A stretch of 64,000 nucleotides of DNA from Steroidobacteraceae bacterium (GCA_027456605.1 DAIDUQ010000065.1:5009-69008), one strand, 5' to 3'; positions 18,804 to 27,898 are shown, counted from the stretch's first letter. Translations and numbers: made by a program. The notes: generated by a model from the letters alone, not told the origin.

Positions 18804-20771
18804 ATGCTCAATGTCACGACCCTGAGCGGCCTGATCGAGGCCAACCGCACCTACCCGCGCGCCATCACCTATCTGGAGGGTGAAAGCGACACTCACTCCG
18901 TCGAGTTTGCGGAGCTTTACGAGCGCGCCCTCGGCATCCTGCACCGTCTGCAGCGCCTCGGCGCGAGCCCCGGAGACACGCTGATCCTGTTCCTGGAACA
19001 CAACGAGCAGTTCATCGACGCGTTCTGGGCCGCGATCTTGGGCGGCATCATTCCGGTGCCGGTGGCGCTCGGCATCAGCGACGAGCACCGGCACAAGCTG
19101 CTGCGCATCGCCCGGCGGCTCGGCAATCCCTATCTCTACACCGAGCGCCGCTCGCTCGAGCGCATCGCGGCTTTCGCCGAGCAGACCGGGCAGTCCGAGA
19201 CGATACAGGGGCTGCACGCGCGCGCCTTTCTGGTCGATGACCTGGATGATATCTCGCAGGCGGGCACGGTGTACGCCGCACGCCCCGAGGACATTGCCTT
19301 CATCCAGTTCTCCTCGGGCGCGACCAGCGATCCCAAGGGCGTGGTCCTGACGCACGCCAACATCATCGCCAACGCGCGCGGCGCTAGCGAAGTGGCCGGC
19401 TTCAATGAGCACGACGTCAGCCTGTCGTGGATGCCGCTCACCCATGACATGGGATTGATCGGCTTTCACCTGATGATGTTCGCCAACCGGGTGCGGGCGC
19501 ACCTCATGCCGACGGATCTGTTCGTGCGCCGGCCGCTCCTGTGGCCGCAGTTCGCCAGCCGTATTCGCGCCACCATCCTCTGCTCTCCGAACTTCGGCTA
19601 CAAGCACTATCTGAAGGCGCTCGGCGAGCGTCCCGTCGAGGGGCTGGACCTCTCCAGCGTTCGATTGATTTTCAACGGAGCCGAGCCGATCTCGGTCGAG
19701 CTGTGCGAGCAGTTCCTCGACAGGCTCGCGCCGGCGGATCTTGCGCCGAACGCCATGTATCCGGTGTATGGCCTCGCGGAGGCCTCGCTCGCCGTGAGCT
19801 TCCCCCCGCCGGGTGCGCCGATGCGCACGGTGGCGCTCGACCGACACCGAATGGGCATCGGCGAGGAGGTTCGGCTCGTGGCGCAGGACGCTCACGAGGC
19901 CGTGCGGCTCGCTTCGGAAGGCAAGCCGATACCGTATTGCCAGGTGCGTATCGCGGACGACGGCGATCGGCCATTGCCCGACGGCCGCATCGGCCATCTG
20001 CACATGCGCGGAGAGAATGTCACGCGCGGCTACTACGAGAGCCCCGAGGCTGACGCCGAGGCCTTCACCGCCGACGGCTGGCTGCGCACGGGCGACCTTG
20101 CCGTCGTCCACGGCGGTGATCTGTATGTCTCGGGCCGGGCGAAGGAAATCATCTTCGTCAACGGCCAGAATTACTACCCCCACGATCTGGAGGCGATCGC
20201 CCAGCGCATCGAGGGACTCGAGCTCGGCAAGGTGGCGGCGGCCGGCGTGCGCCGGCCCGGATCGCAGATCGAGGAGTTGGCGCTGTTCGTGCTGCACCGC
20301 GGCGCGCTGGCGGACTTCCTGCCGCTCGCCCTTGCCGTGGCCCGCCTGATCAACGAGCGGACCGGGCTCGAGGTGGCCGAAGTCGTGCCGGTCAAGCGCA
20401 TCCCCAAGACCACCAGCGGCAAGATTCAGCGGCACCTGCTCGAGGAGCGCTTCGCCGACGGAGCGTTCGATGCCGAGCTCGAGGCGCTTGCCGCATTGCG
20501 CGAGGCGCGCCGCGATCCCGGGACGGCCGCCCGCAGCGTGATCGAGGACAAGCTCAAGACGATCTGCGACGCGGCGCTCGGCGACAAGCGGATCGATGTC
20601 CGCGACAACCTGTTCCAGCTCGGGGCGAGCTCGCTGAAGCTCATCGAGATCCACGAGCAGATCGACCGGGAATATCCCGGCCAGATCGATCTCACCGATA
20701 TGTTCGATTTCCCGACGATTGCGGAGCTGGCGCTGCACCTGCAAGACAAACTGTCCGCGAACGGGGCGTGA
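18804..20771 (+). CDS. fatty acyl-AMP ligase (FAAL) fused to a C-terminal acyl/peptidyl carrier protein domain
   Basis: Track ORF 18771..20771 (TTG). ATG 18804 is preferred, with GGAG 8 nt upstream. FAAL motifs: FIQFSSGATSDPKGVVLTHANI, WMPLTHDMGLIGFHL, VSGRAKEIIFVNGQNYYPHDLE, IPKTTSGKIQR. The carrier domain reads DNLFQLGASSLKLIEIHEQI (Ser attachment site). Confidence 0.85.
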   Translation: MLNVTTLSGLIEANRTYPRAITYLEGESDTHSVEFAELYERALGILHRLQRLGASPGDTLILFLEHNEQFIDAFWAAILGGIIPVPVALGISDEHRHKLLRIARRLGNPYLYTERRSLERIAAFAEQTGQSETIQGLHARAFLVDDLDDISQAGTVYAARPEDIAFIQFSSGATSDPKGVVLTHANIIANARGASEVAGFNEHDVSLSWMPLTHDMGLIGFHLMMFANRVRAHLMPTDLFVRRPLLWPQFASRIRATILCSPNFGYKHYLKALGERPVEGLDLSSVRLIFNGAEPISVELCEQFLDRLAPADLAPNAMYPVYGLAEASLAVSFPPPGAPMRTVALDRHRMGIGEEVRLVAQDAHEAVRLASEGKPIPYCQVRIADDGDRPLPDGRIGHLHMRGENVTRGYYESPEADAEAFTADGWLRTGDLAVVHGGDLYVSGRAKEIIFVNGQNYYPHDLEAIAQRIEGLELGKVAAAGVRRPGSQIEELALFVLHRGALADFLPLALAVARLINERTGLEVAEVVPVKRIPKTTSGKIQRHLLEERFADGAFDAELEALAALREARRDPGTAARSVIEDKLKTICDAALGDKRIDVRDNLFQLGASSLKLIEIHEQIDREYPGQIDLTDMFDFPTIAELALHLQDKLSANGA

Positions 20772-21098
20772 TCACGGCGAAGAGCCCCGGCAAGCGCATC
20801 GTCTCGACACCGAACGGGAATCTGCGCTCGATCGGGCACTGCGGCACGAACTTCGACAGCGTCCGCACGCCGCCGCCACCGCGGCGCGTGTCCTCGTCAT
20901 GGCCGCCAGAACGGATTTATCGTCGGACCGCGGGTTCTGCGCCCGCCCTCCGAGCATCCCGAAACGTGACCGCCGGCACGAGAAACGGCCGCCGATCTTG
21001 GTAAAAGCTAAGGTCATGCATGCACCGTGAGCCTCCGGGCTCGCGCGCATGCCGATCACCCGGCGGCTCCGCCCCCGGAGGCGCCGGCAGGAGATTCC

Positions 21099-22508
21099 AT
21101 GAATGCAGCCGCAGATCGCGCCCGAATCCCCGACTGGCTGATACCGCAGCCGGCGCGCATCGGCGCGACGGTACGCCTCGCGGAGATCATCGGAGCGCTG
21201 AGCTACGCCCTCGACCTCACCGAGGGCCAGCCGCCCGGACACTGCCTGCGCGGCTGCTGGATCGGCATGCACACCGGGCGGATGCTCGGACTGGATACCT
21301 TGACGCTTTCCGATCTCTACTACACGCTGCTGCTGAAGGACACCGGCTGCAGCAGCAACGCCGCGCGCCTCTGGGAGCTGTACGGCGGCGATGAGCTGCG
21401 CACCAAGCACGACTTCAAGCAGGTCGACTCGCAGAGCCTGCTGCAGCTGGCCCGCTTCGTGCTGCGCCACGCCGGACCCGGCGAAGCGCTGCGCGCGCGC
21501 ATCAAGCGGCTGGTGAACCTGTACCGCAATGGCGATGCGCTCGCCACCGAGCTGGTCCATACGCGATGCGAGCGAGGCGCGGAGATCGTGCGCCGGCTCG
21601 GGTTCGGCGAAGCGGTCGCCGCGGGAATCTTCAGCCTGGATGAGCATTGGAACGGCAAGGGTCGGCCGCAAGGCCTGCGCGGGGAATACATCCCGATCGG
21701 CGCACGCATAGCGCTGCTCGCTCAGGTCGTCGATGTCTTCAACACCGTCGGCGGCGAACGCGCCGTCGAAACCGAAGTGCGCCGCCGCACGGGCGCCTGG
21801 TTCGACCCGCAAGTCAGCCGGGCGTTTTTCGCGGTCGCGCGCAGCCGGGCGTTCTGGTCGGGCTTGCGCCCGGAGGGACTCGAGGAGCGGGTGATGGCGC
21901 TCGAGCCCGACGCGGGTACCGTGCTCGTCGATGAGCCCCGTCTCGACTCGATCGCTGAGGCGTTCGCCGACATCATCGACGCCAAGAGCAACTTCACCTA
22001 CGGGCACAGTCAGCGCGTGGCGAGCTACGCCGACGCGATCGCCGCGGACCTCGACGTGCCCGCTTCCCGCCGTCGCTGGCTGCACCGCGCCGCGCTGCTG
22101 CACGACATCGGCAAGCTGGGAGTCAGCAACGGCATCCTCGACAAGCCGGGCCGCCTCGATGCCGACGAATGGGAAGCGGTGAAGCGCCATGCCCGCTTCA
22201 CCGAGGACATCCTGGCGCGCGTGAGCGTGTTCAGCGCACTGGCGCCGATCGCTGGCGCGCACCACGAACGGCCGGACGGCACGGGCTATCCCAAGCGCCT
22301 GGCCGGCGCGGCGATTCCACTCGCGACGCGCATCATCACGGCTTGCGACATCTTCGATGCCGTCACCGCGGCGCGCCCCTATCGAGAGGCGATGCCGCTG
22401 GAGCGGGCGCTCGAGCTGATGGAGCGCGAGCGCGACAGCGCGATCGACGGGCGCTGCCTGGACGCGTTGAGGAAGACCGCGGGCACGCGGAGTTCCGCCG
22501 CGTCCTGA
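21099..22508 (+). CDS. tandem HD-GYP domain protein (degenerate N-terminal copy + canonical C-terminal HD-GYP, putative c-di-GMP phosphodiesterase)
   Basis: ATG 21099 within track ORF 21027..22508. The C-terminal copy reads HSQRVASYA, AALLHDIGKLGV and AHHERPDGTGYPKRL. The N-terminal copy reads LLLKDTGCS and DEHWNGKGRPQGL. Confidence 0.85.
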   Translation: MNAAADRARIPDWLIPQPARIGATVRLAEIIGALSYALDLTEGQPPGHCLRGCWIGMHTGRMLGLDTLTLSDLYYTLLLKDTGCSSNAARLWELYGGDELRTKHDFKQVDSQSLLQLARFVLRHAGPGEALRARIKRLVNLYRNGDALATELVHTRCERGAEIVRRLGFGEAVAAGIFSLDEHWNGKGRPQGLRGEYIPIGARIALLAQVVDVFNTVGGERAVETEVRRRTGAWFDPQVSRAFFAVARSRAFWSGLRPEGLEERVMALEPDAGTVLVDEPRLDSIAEAFADIIDAKSNFTYGHSQRVASYADAIAADLDVPASRRRWLHRAALLHDIGKLGVSNGILDKPGRLDADEWEAVKRHARFTEDILARVSVFSALAPIAGAHHERPDGTGYPKRLAGAAIPLATRIITACDIFDAVTAARPYREAMPLERALELMERERDSAIDGRCLDALRKTAGTRSSAAS

Positions 22509-22552
22509 GGCGGCTGTCCGTCGCCCGTCCGTAATGAAGCGCGCAGCCGCGC

Positions 22553-24784
22553 TCAGCGCGCGCGCAGCTCGAAACAGCGGTGAATGCGCGGATTGCGCTC
22601 GAAATCGCGCGGCAGCGTCGCCGCGGAGACATCGCTCACCGCGTAGCGCAGTCCGACATCGGCGTCCAGTTGGAATCGCTGCGCGTTGGTCGAGAACACG
22701 AGCAGCCCTCCGGGGGCGAGCAGCCGCATGCACTGCTCGATGAGCGCGCCGTGATCGCGCTGGATGTCGAGCACGCCCTGCATGCGCTTGGAATTCGAGA
22801 ACGTCGGCGGATCGAGAAAGATCAGATCATAGCGGCCCGGATCGCGGGCCGCGTCCCGCAGCCACTCGCGACAATCGGCCTGAACGAAGGCATGCGGGCC
22901 GTCCTGGAGCCCGTTCAACAGCAGATTGCGCCGCGCCCAGTCGAGATAGGTCCGCGACAGATCGACCGAGGTGGTCGCGGCGGCCCCGCCCGCGGCCGCA
23001 TACACGGTCGCGGTGCCCGTGTAAGCGAAGAGGTTGAGAAAGCGCCGGCCGCGGGCCGCGCCGCGCAGCCGCTCGCGGGTGAGGCGATGATCGAGGAACA
23101 ACCCCGTATCGAGATACGCCTCGAAGCTCACCTCGAATCTCAATCCTCCTTCGCTGACGACAGGGTGTGTGCCGCCGACCGTCCCGGGCGCCAGCCCCGC
23201 CGGCCCGCGCATCGCGCGCGGGCGCTCGGCGCTGCGCGACTCGTCCTTGCCATATTGCTCGCCGCGCCGGGTACGCCGGCGTGTGCGTACCCTGATCCGC
23301 TCGCGCGGCACGCCGCTCGCGCGCGGCAGACTCGCAAACACCTCGCCGCGCCGCCGGCGCACCGCCTCGGGATCGATGTCGCCCGGAGCGGCGTATTCCT
23401 GCACGTAGAGCCAGCGCTCGACGGGATCCAGCGTCTCGTACTGGTCGATGGCAAAGGCATACTCGGGCATGTCGGCGTCGTAGAGGCGATAGCACGAGAC
23501 CGCCTCGCGCTCGGCCCAGCGCCGCAGCTGCTTGAGGTTCTTCGTCAGCCGGTTGGCGAACATGCGCGCGCCGGGCGTTTCGGCCAGCAGGCTGTCCGGC
23601 CGCGCCAGCGAGCCCGGCGGGCGCAGGCTCCGGGCCTCGACGCTCATGCGCAACAGCCGGCATTCGATCGCACCGTTCCACAGCGTGTGGGTGCGTGCGG
23701 CACGAATTCCCAGCTCCATGCCGAATCGCGGCACCCCGGTCAGCACCGCCGCGCGCCAGCCCTGGAAGTGCTCGCGCAGCACCGCGCCGAGCTCCCGATG
23801 CGTCGCGCGCGCCTGCTCGAGATCGGTCAGGCGTGCGCCGTACGGCGGGTTGGTACACACGAGCCCGGCGCCGGGCCCCACCGGCCGCGCCTCCCGCAGC
23901 GGACCGGTCTCGAACCGCACCCATGCGGCGATGCCGGCCCGCTCGGCATTGGCGCCCGCGGCGCGCACGGCAGCGCGGTTCCAGTCGCGGCCACGGAGCA
24001 CGGGCGTCGCCGGCGCGCGCTCGAGGCAGCGAGCGCGCGCCGCCGCCTCGACCGTCCGCCACAGCTGCGCATCGTGGCCGCGCCAGCCGAGAAAGCCAAA
24101 GTACGCGCGGCCCAGGCCCGGGGCGCGCCGCGCGGCGATCAGCGCCGCCTCGATCACCAGCGTTCCCGAGCCGCACATCGGATCGAGAAACTCCGCCCCC
24201 TCGGCCGCAAGCTGCGGCCAGAGGCTGCGGATCAGCACGCCGGCGGCCACGTTCTCCTTCAGCGGCGCCTCACCCGCCGCGCCGCGATAGCCGCGCCGAT
24301 GCAGGCTTTCCCCTGAAAGATCGACATAGAGCGTGACGGCCGCGCCGTGCGCATGCGCGTGAACGCGCACATCCGGGCGATCCAACACGATGCTCGGCCG
24401 CGCGCCGCTCGGGGCGCGTACGGCATCCACGATCGCGTCTTTGAGCTTGAGCGCGCCGAAATGACTGTGGACGATGGTGGGATGCCGCCCGGTGAACTCG
24501 CACGCCAGGCTCGCCCCGGCATCCAGATGCTCGCCCCAGGCAAGCGCGCGCGACTGCGCGTAGAACGATTCGGTGTCCGGCGCCTCGAAGCGCGCGACCT
24601 GCAGCAGCACGCGGTTGGCGAGCCGCGACTCCAGGCAGGCGCGGTAGGCGGTCTCGAGCGTGCCGGCGAAGCTCACCGCCGCGGCTCGCTCGCGCACCTC
24701 CTGGGCGCCGAGCGCCGCAAGCTCGGCCGCGAGCAGGTCGGCAAGCCCGCGCGGCGCCGTGGCGAGGAATGGAAGCGGACTCAC
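22553..24784 (-). CDS. rlmL: bifunctional 23S rRNA m2G2445/m7G2069 methyltransferase RlmKL
   Basis: Track ORF 22553..24898. The likely GTG start at 24784 gives VSPLPFLATAPRGLADLLAAEL, like the E. coli N-terminus. Motifs: DPMCGSGTLVIEAA, LVCTNPPYGARL, second MTase FLNLFAYTGTATVYAA and IFLDPPTFSNSK. Confidence 0.85.
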   Translation of the reverse strand: MSPLPFLATAPRGLADLLAAELAALGAQEVRERAAAVSFAGTLETAYRACLESRLANRVLLQVARFEAPDTESFYAQSRALAWGEHLDAGASLACEFTGRHPTIVHSHFGALKLKDAIVDAVRAPSGARPSIVLDRPDVRVHAHAHGAAVTLYVDLSGESLHRRGYRGAAGEAPLKENVAAGVLIRSLWPQLAAEGAEFLDPMCGSGTLVIEAALIAARRAPGLGRAYFGFLGWRGHDAQLWRTVEAAARARCLERAPATPVLRGRDWNRAAVRAAGANAERAGIAAWVRFETGPLREARPVGPGAGLVCTNPPYGARLTDLEQARATHRELGAVLREHFQGWRAAVLTGVPRFGMELGIRAARTHTLWNGAIECRLLRMSVEARSLRPPGSLARPDSLLAETPGARMFANRLTKNLKQLRRWAEREAVSCYRLYDADMPEYAFAIDQYETLDPVERWLYVQEYAAPGDIDPEAVRRRRGEVFASLPRASGVPRERIRVRTRRRTRRGEQYGKDESRSAERPRAMRGPAGLAPGTVGGTHPVVSEGGLRFEVSFEAYLDTGLFLDHRLTRERLRGAARGRRFLNLFAYTGTATVYAAAGGAAATTSVDLSRTYLDWARRNLLLNGLQDGPHAFVQADCREWLRDAARDPGRYDLIFLDPPTFSNSKRMQGVLDIQRDHGALIEQCMRLLAPGGLLVFSTNAQRFQLDADVGLRYAVSDVSAATLPRDFERNPRIHRCFELRAR

Positions 24785-25005
24785 GTCAGGACGGCGAGAG
24801 GGACACGGATCGCGCGCGACTCGTGGCCCCTGGAATTCAGCTGCATCTGCGGGTCCCGGTGCGAGGATGCGTGCCGGTTGCACGCCTGAGCGTGGCATTA
24901 TGCCCGAACTGCCGCCGCCGGCGTCTCCTGGACAAATTCCAAAAAGTCTCCTAGCCTTCGGGACCTCCCCACCCCGGGATCGGATCCACTGACGGAGGAG
25001 CCCCC

Positions 25006-25614
25006 GTGACCTTCACACTACCCTCGCTTCCCTTCGCGCCCGGCGCCCTCGCCGCCCGCGGCATGTGCCAGGAAACTCTCGAGCTGCATCACGGCAAGCA
25101 CCATCAGACCTACGTCAATGCGCTGAACGGTCTGGTGGAAAAGAATGACGCCCTCAAGGGCAAGAGCCTCGAGCAGATCATCACCCTGGCCCACGGCCGC
25201 GATGACCTCGTGGCGGTCTTCAACAATGCCGGGCACCACTGGAACCACAGCCTGTTCTGGCATTCCCTGGCGCCGAACGGTGGCGGCATTCCCGGCAGCC
25301 TGGAGAAGAAGCTGACCAGCGATTTCGGCAGCGTCGAGAAATTCAAAGAGGAATTCAAGGCGGCGGCGCTCGGGCAGTTCGGCTCAGGCTGGGCGTGGCT
25401 GATCCTGGACCGCAACGGACGCCTGAAGGTCACCAAGACGGGCAATGCCGGCACCCCGCTCGCCACCGGGGAGGGCAAGGCGCTGCTGGTGCTCGACGTG
25501 TGGGAGCACGCGTACTACGTCGACTTCCGCAATCGGCGGCCCGACTTCACCGACAACTTCCTCGCCCGCCTGGCGAACTTCGAGTTCGCCGCCGCACAAC
25601 TCGCCGCGGCCTGA
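25006..25614 (+). CDS. Fe/Mn-family superoxide dismutase
   Basis: 202 aa with a GTG start. Motifs: HHGKHHQTYV, NNAGHHWNHSLFW, GSGWAWL, LDVWEHAYYVDFRNRRPDF. It mixes Fe- and Mn-type residues, so metal specificity is not called. Confidence 0.9.
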   Translation: MTFTLPSLPFAPGALAARGMCQETLELHHGKHHQTYVNALNGLVEKNDALKGKSLEQIITLAHGRDDLVAVFNNAGHHWNHSLFWHSLAPNGGGIPGSLEKKLTSDFGSVEKFKEEFKAAALGQFGSGWAWLILDRNGRLKVTKTGNAGTPLATGEGKALLVLDVWEHAYYVDFRNRRPDFTDNFLARLANFEFAAAQLAAA

Positions 25615-25630
25615 CCGGAACACGTTCGCC

Positions 25631-25655
25631 GCCGCGCAGGCGACGCCTGCGCGGC
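25631..25655. terminator. perfect 11-bp GC hairpin between convergent genes (possible bidirectional terminator)
   Basis: GCCGCGCAGGC-GAC-GCCTGCGCGGC lies 17 nt after the sod stop and 9 nt from the stop of the convergent gene. There is no clear U-tract. Confidence 0.45.
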
Positions 25656-25663
25656 GCGAGCGC

Positions 25664-26227
25664 TCAACCGCCGGCCGCCCCCGGCTTGCCCGGCGCGGCC
25701 ACCCAGAGTCGCAGCGTCAGACCGAAATGTCCGCCGGCCGCGCACTGGAGATTGCTGCGGACGATCTTCACCGGCAGCGATTCGAGCAGCGTCTCGCGGA
25801 TCTGGCGCAGCAGCTCGCAATCCGCGGCCGTAAGCCGCTTCGGCTTGCCGGGACCGATGGCGATCCGCCGGCGCACCGCTCTGAGGGTCGCCCACTTCAC
25901 AGCCTTGCCTCGCAACACGCTCGGCATCTGGAAGTGCACCTGAACGCGCGGGGAACGCAGATCCCCCGAGGGCGTGCGACTGCATTGATACGGCAGAACG
26001 TTCAAGGTCGCATACGGCGTTCCGAGACGCGCCAGCATGTCGTAAAAAACGTACCACAGCTGGTCGCAGGTATAGGTACGCGGCAGATTGTCCAGGTCCA
26101 CGATCATGTCGTAGGTCCGCCACATCGCGGGCTGCTGCGCGCCAACATCGTGCGCCGCGGCAGCCCAGGCGCCCGAAGGCAGCACCGCGAGGAGGCAGAC
26201 CAGCACCAGGCTTCGCAAGCGATTCAT
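25664..26227 (-). CDS. secreted hypothetical protein
   Basis: 187 aa. The signal peptide is MNRLRSLVLVCLLAVLPSGAWAAAA. Composition is normal and there are 4 conserved-looking Cys. I recognise no family. Confidence 0.6.
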   Translation of the reverse strand: MNRLRSLVLVCLLAVLPSGAWAAAAHDVGAQQPAMWRTYDMIVDLDNLPRTYTCDQLWYVFYDMLARLGTPYATLNVLPYQCSRTPSGDLRSPRVQVHFQMPSVLRGKAVKWATLRAVRRRIAIGPGKPKRLTAADCELLRQIRETLLESLPVKIVRSNLQCAAGGHFGLTLRLWVAAPGKPGAAGG

Positions 26228-26305
26228 GGCATGAGCCTCCGGCCGTTCAGCATTCGCATACCTTGACCTTCAGGCGGCTCGTCCGGTTCCCGGCGCGCCG
26301 GCCAG

Positions 26306-27898
26306 TCACAGAATCGGCGCGGGTCCCCGCTCCCGCATCACCAGATCGAGCCGCTGGCGCCACGGGTCGCGCTCCGGCACCGGTCCGTGCTCGGTGAAGT
26401 TCATCAAACGGTCGGTGCGAGCATGGTAGCGGGGCCAGGCGGGCTCGCCCGCCGGATCCGGCCGGCCGGTGCGTGCGAAGGCCACCCAGTAGCGGTGCAT
26501 CTGCCTCGCCACGGCCTCATCGGCCGCGGAGGTTCGGGCGCCATAGTGGGCCCGGACGGTATCGAATACGTACGGGATCTCGCTCGCGTGCGGCGCGCCG
26601 GCGGTCCAGATTTTGCGCATCGACGTGGCGACGTAGGAGAAACGGTACTCGTACACAGATTGACCGCGCGCCGAAAGGATGCGCGCAATGGCTCGCGCCG
26701 GCTCGAGCATGCAGCGCGCCCCGCCGATCTCGGCCGAGACCTGCGCGAGCGTGCGCTTGCCGTTCGGGTCGAACACCTCACGCGCCTCGGCGGCGTGCGG
26801 CCCGAAGCTCGCGAACAGCGCCTGCAGGGATTTCTCCGGCATCTCGCCGAGATCGGCGCTGTTCGTTCCGATCATCACCGGCACGCGCGCCCCCATGCCC
26901 TTGGCGTACTGATCGACGGCGGGACCGAAATACAAACGATCGTCCACGACCGGCCCGCCGACGAAGGTTTTGTCGCCGACCTCGGTCGCCATGTTCAGCC
27001 GGCCGCGCACCCGCGGTGCGGGCACTGCCCGCAGCGCCGCCAGCGCGCGCAGGCCCTCGCCGGGCACGCCGAGGTGGCGCGCCAGATCGACGCCGATCGC
27101 CTCGGCCGAGTCGGCTGCGCCGGTCAGTGGGCGCTGCGGCAACAGCATCCCGCCGCCGCCGCCGGACTCGATGATGGCTTTTTGAAACAGGCCCCGGGCA
27201 AGCGGCGAGATCAGCAGGGCGTTCACGGACATGCCGCCGGCGGACTCCCCGAAGATCGTCACGTTGCGGGGGTTGCCGCCGAAGGCGGCGATGTTGCGGC
27301 GCACCCAATGCAGGGCCGCGATCTGATCCATCAGAGCGAAGTTGCCGGCCGGCAGGCCGTGGCGCACCAGCGCCGGAAACGCGAAAAAGCCGAAATTGCC
27401 GAGCCGATAGTTGATGCTGACCAGCACCACGCCGTCGCGCGCGAATGCGCTGCCGTTGTAGACCGCCGGCGAAGTGCCGCCGTCGACGAATCCGCCGCCG
27501 TAGATCCACACCATCACCGGCAACGCGGCGCGCGAGGCGTCCCGGGGACGCCAGACGTTGACGAACAGGCAATTCTCGCTGGGGCGCGTGCGCAGCGGAG
27601 CCATGTCCCCGGGGGTGGGCCGCTGCATGCAGTCCGGCCCGAACGTCACCGCCGGCCGCACGCCGCGCCACGGCTTGGCCGGTTGCGGAGCGGCCCAGCG
27701 CAGCGCGCCCTGCGGAGGGGCCGCGTACGGAATGCCCTTGAATGCGATGACGCCGTGCGCCACCGCCCCGCGCACCCAGCCGTATTGCGTCCTGACCTGA
27801 AGCGGCGCCGGCGCGGCCCGCGCGCCGGCTGCCGCCAGGCCGAGCGCGAGAGCCCCGAGCGCGCCCACCGCATACCGTCGCTTGATCCTGACCATCAT
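26306..27898 (-). CDS. carboxylesterase type B (para-nitrobenzyl esterase-like), secreted
   Basis: 530 aa with an N-terminal signal (ALALGLAAAGARAAPAP). Motifs: VWIYGGGFVDGG and the nucleophile elbow FGESAGGMS. Confidence 0.85.
   Translation of the reverse strand: MMVRIKRRYAVGALGALALGLAAAGARAAPAPLQVRTQYGWVRGAVAHGVIAFKGIPYAAPPQGALRWAAPQPAKPWRGVRPAVTFGPDCMQRPTPGDMAPLRTRPSENCLFVNVWRPRDASRAALPVMVWIYGGGFVDGGTSPAVYNGSAFARDGVVLVSINYRLGNFGFFAFPALVRHGLPAGNFALMDQIAALHWVRRNIAAFGGNPRNVTIFGESAGGMSVNALLISPLARGLFQKAIIESGGGGGMLLPQRPLTGAADSAEAIGVDLARHLGVPGEGLRALAALRAVPAPRVRGRLNMATEVGDKTFVGGPVVDDRLYFGPAVDQYAKGMGARVPVMIGTNSADLGEMPEKSLQALFASFGPHAAEAREVFDPNGKRTLAQVSAEIGGARCMLEPARAIARILSARGQSVYEYRFSYVATSMRKIWTAGAPHASEIPYVFDTVRAHYGARTSAADEAVARQMHRYWVAFARTGRPDPAGEPAWPRYHARTDRLMNFTEHGPVPERDPWRQRLDLVMRERGPAPIL

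Noticed and set aside
17526-20744. Very long antisense or out-of-frame ORFs in the track. This one is 1072 aa; others include 119..1363 +, 2218..4302 -, 20772..22733 -, 33774..36407 +, 38912..41794 + and 45576..47822 N-terminal part.
   Set aside because: They are Arg/Ala/Gly/Pro/His-rich and low-complexity, with no family motifs. Each lies opposite to, or out of frame with, a gene carrying strong family signatures. This is typical open-frame noise in ~70% GC DNA.
20772-21016. Minus-strand 81-aa Cys/Arg-rich ORF (MTLAFTKIGG...CGRCRSSCRS...CACRGSSP) convergent on the FAAL-ACP stop.
   Set aside because: Its composition is typical of off-frame GC-rich translation, GC3 is only ~67%, and the SD spacing of 10 nt is long. 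It is mentioned only as an alternative inside the spacer finding, not called as a gene.
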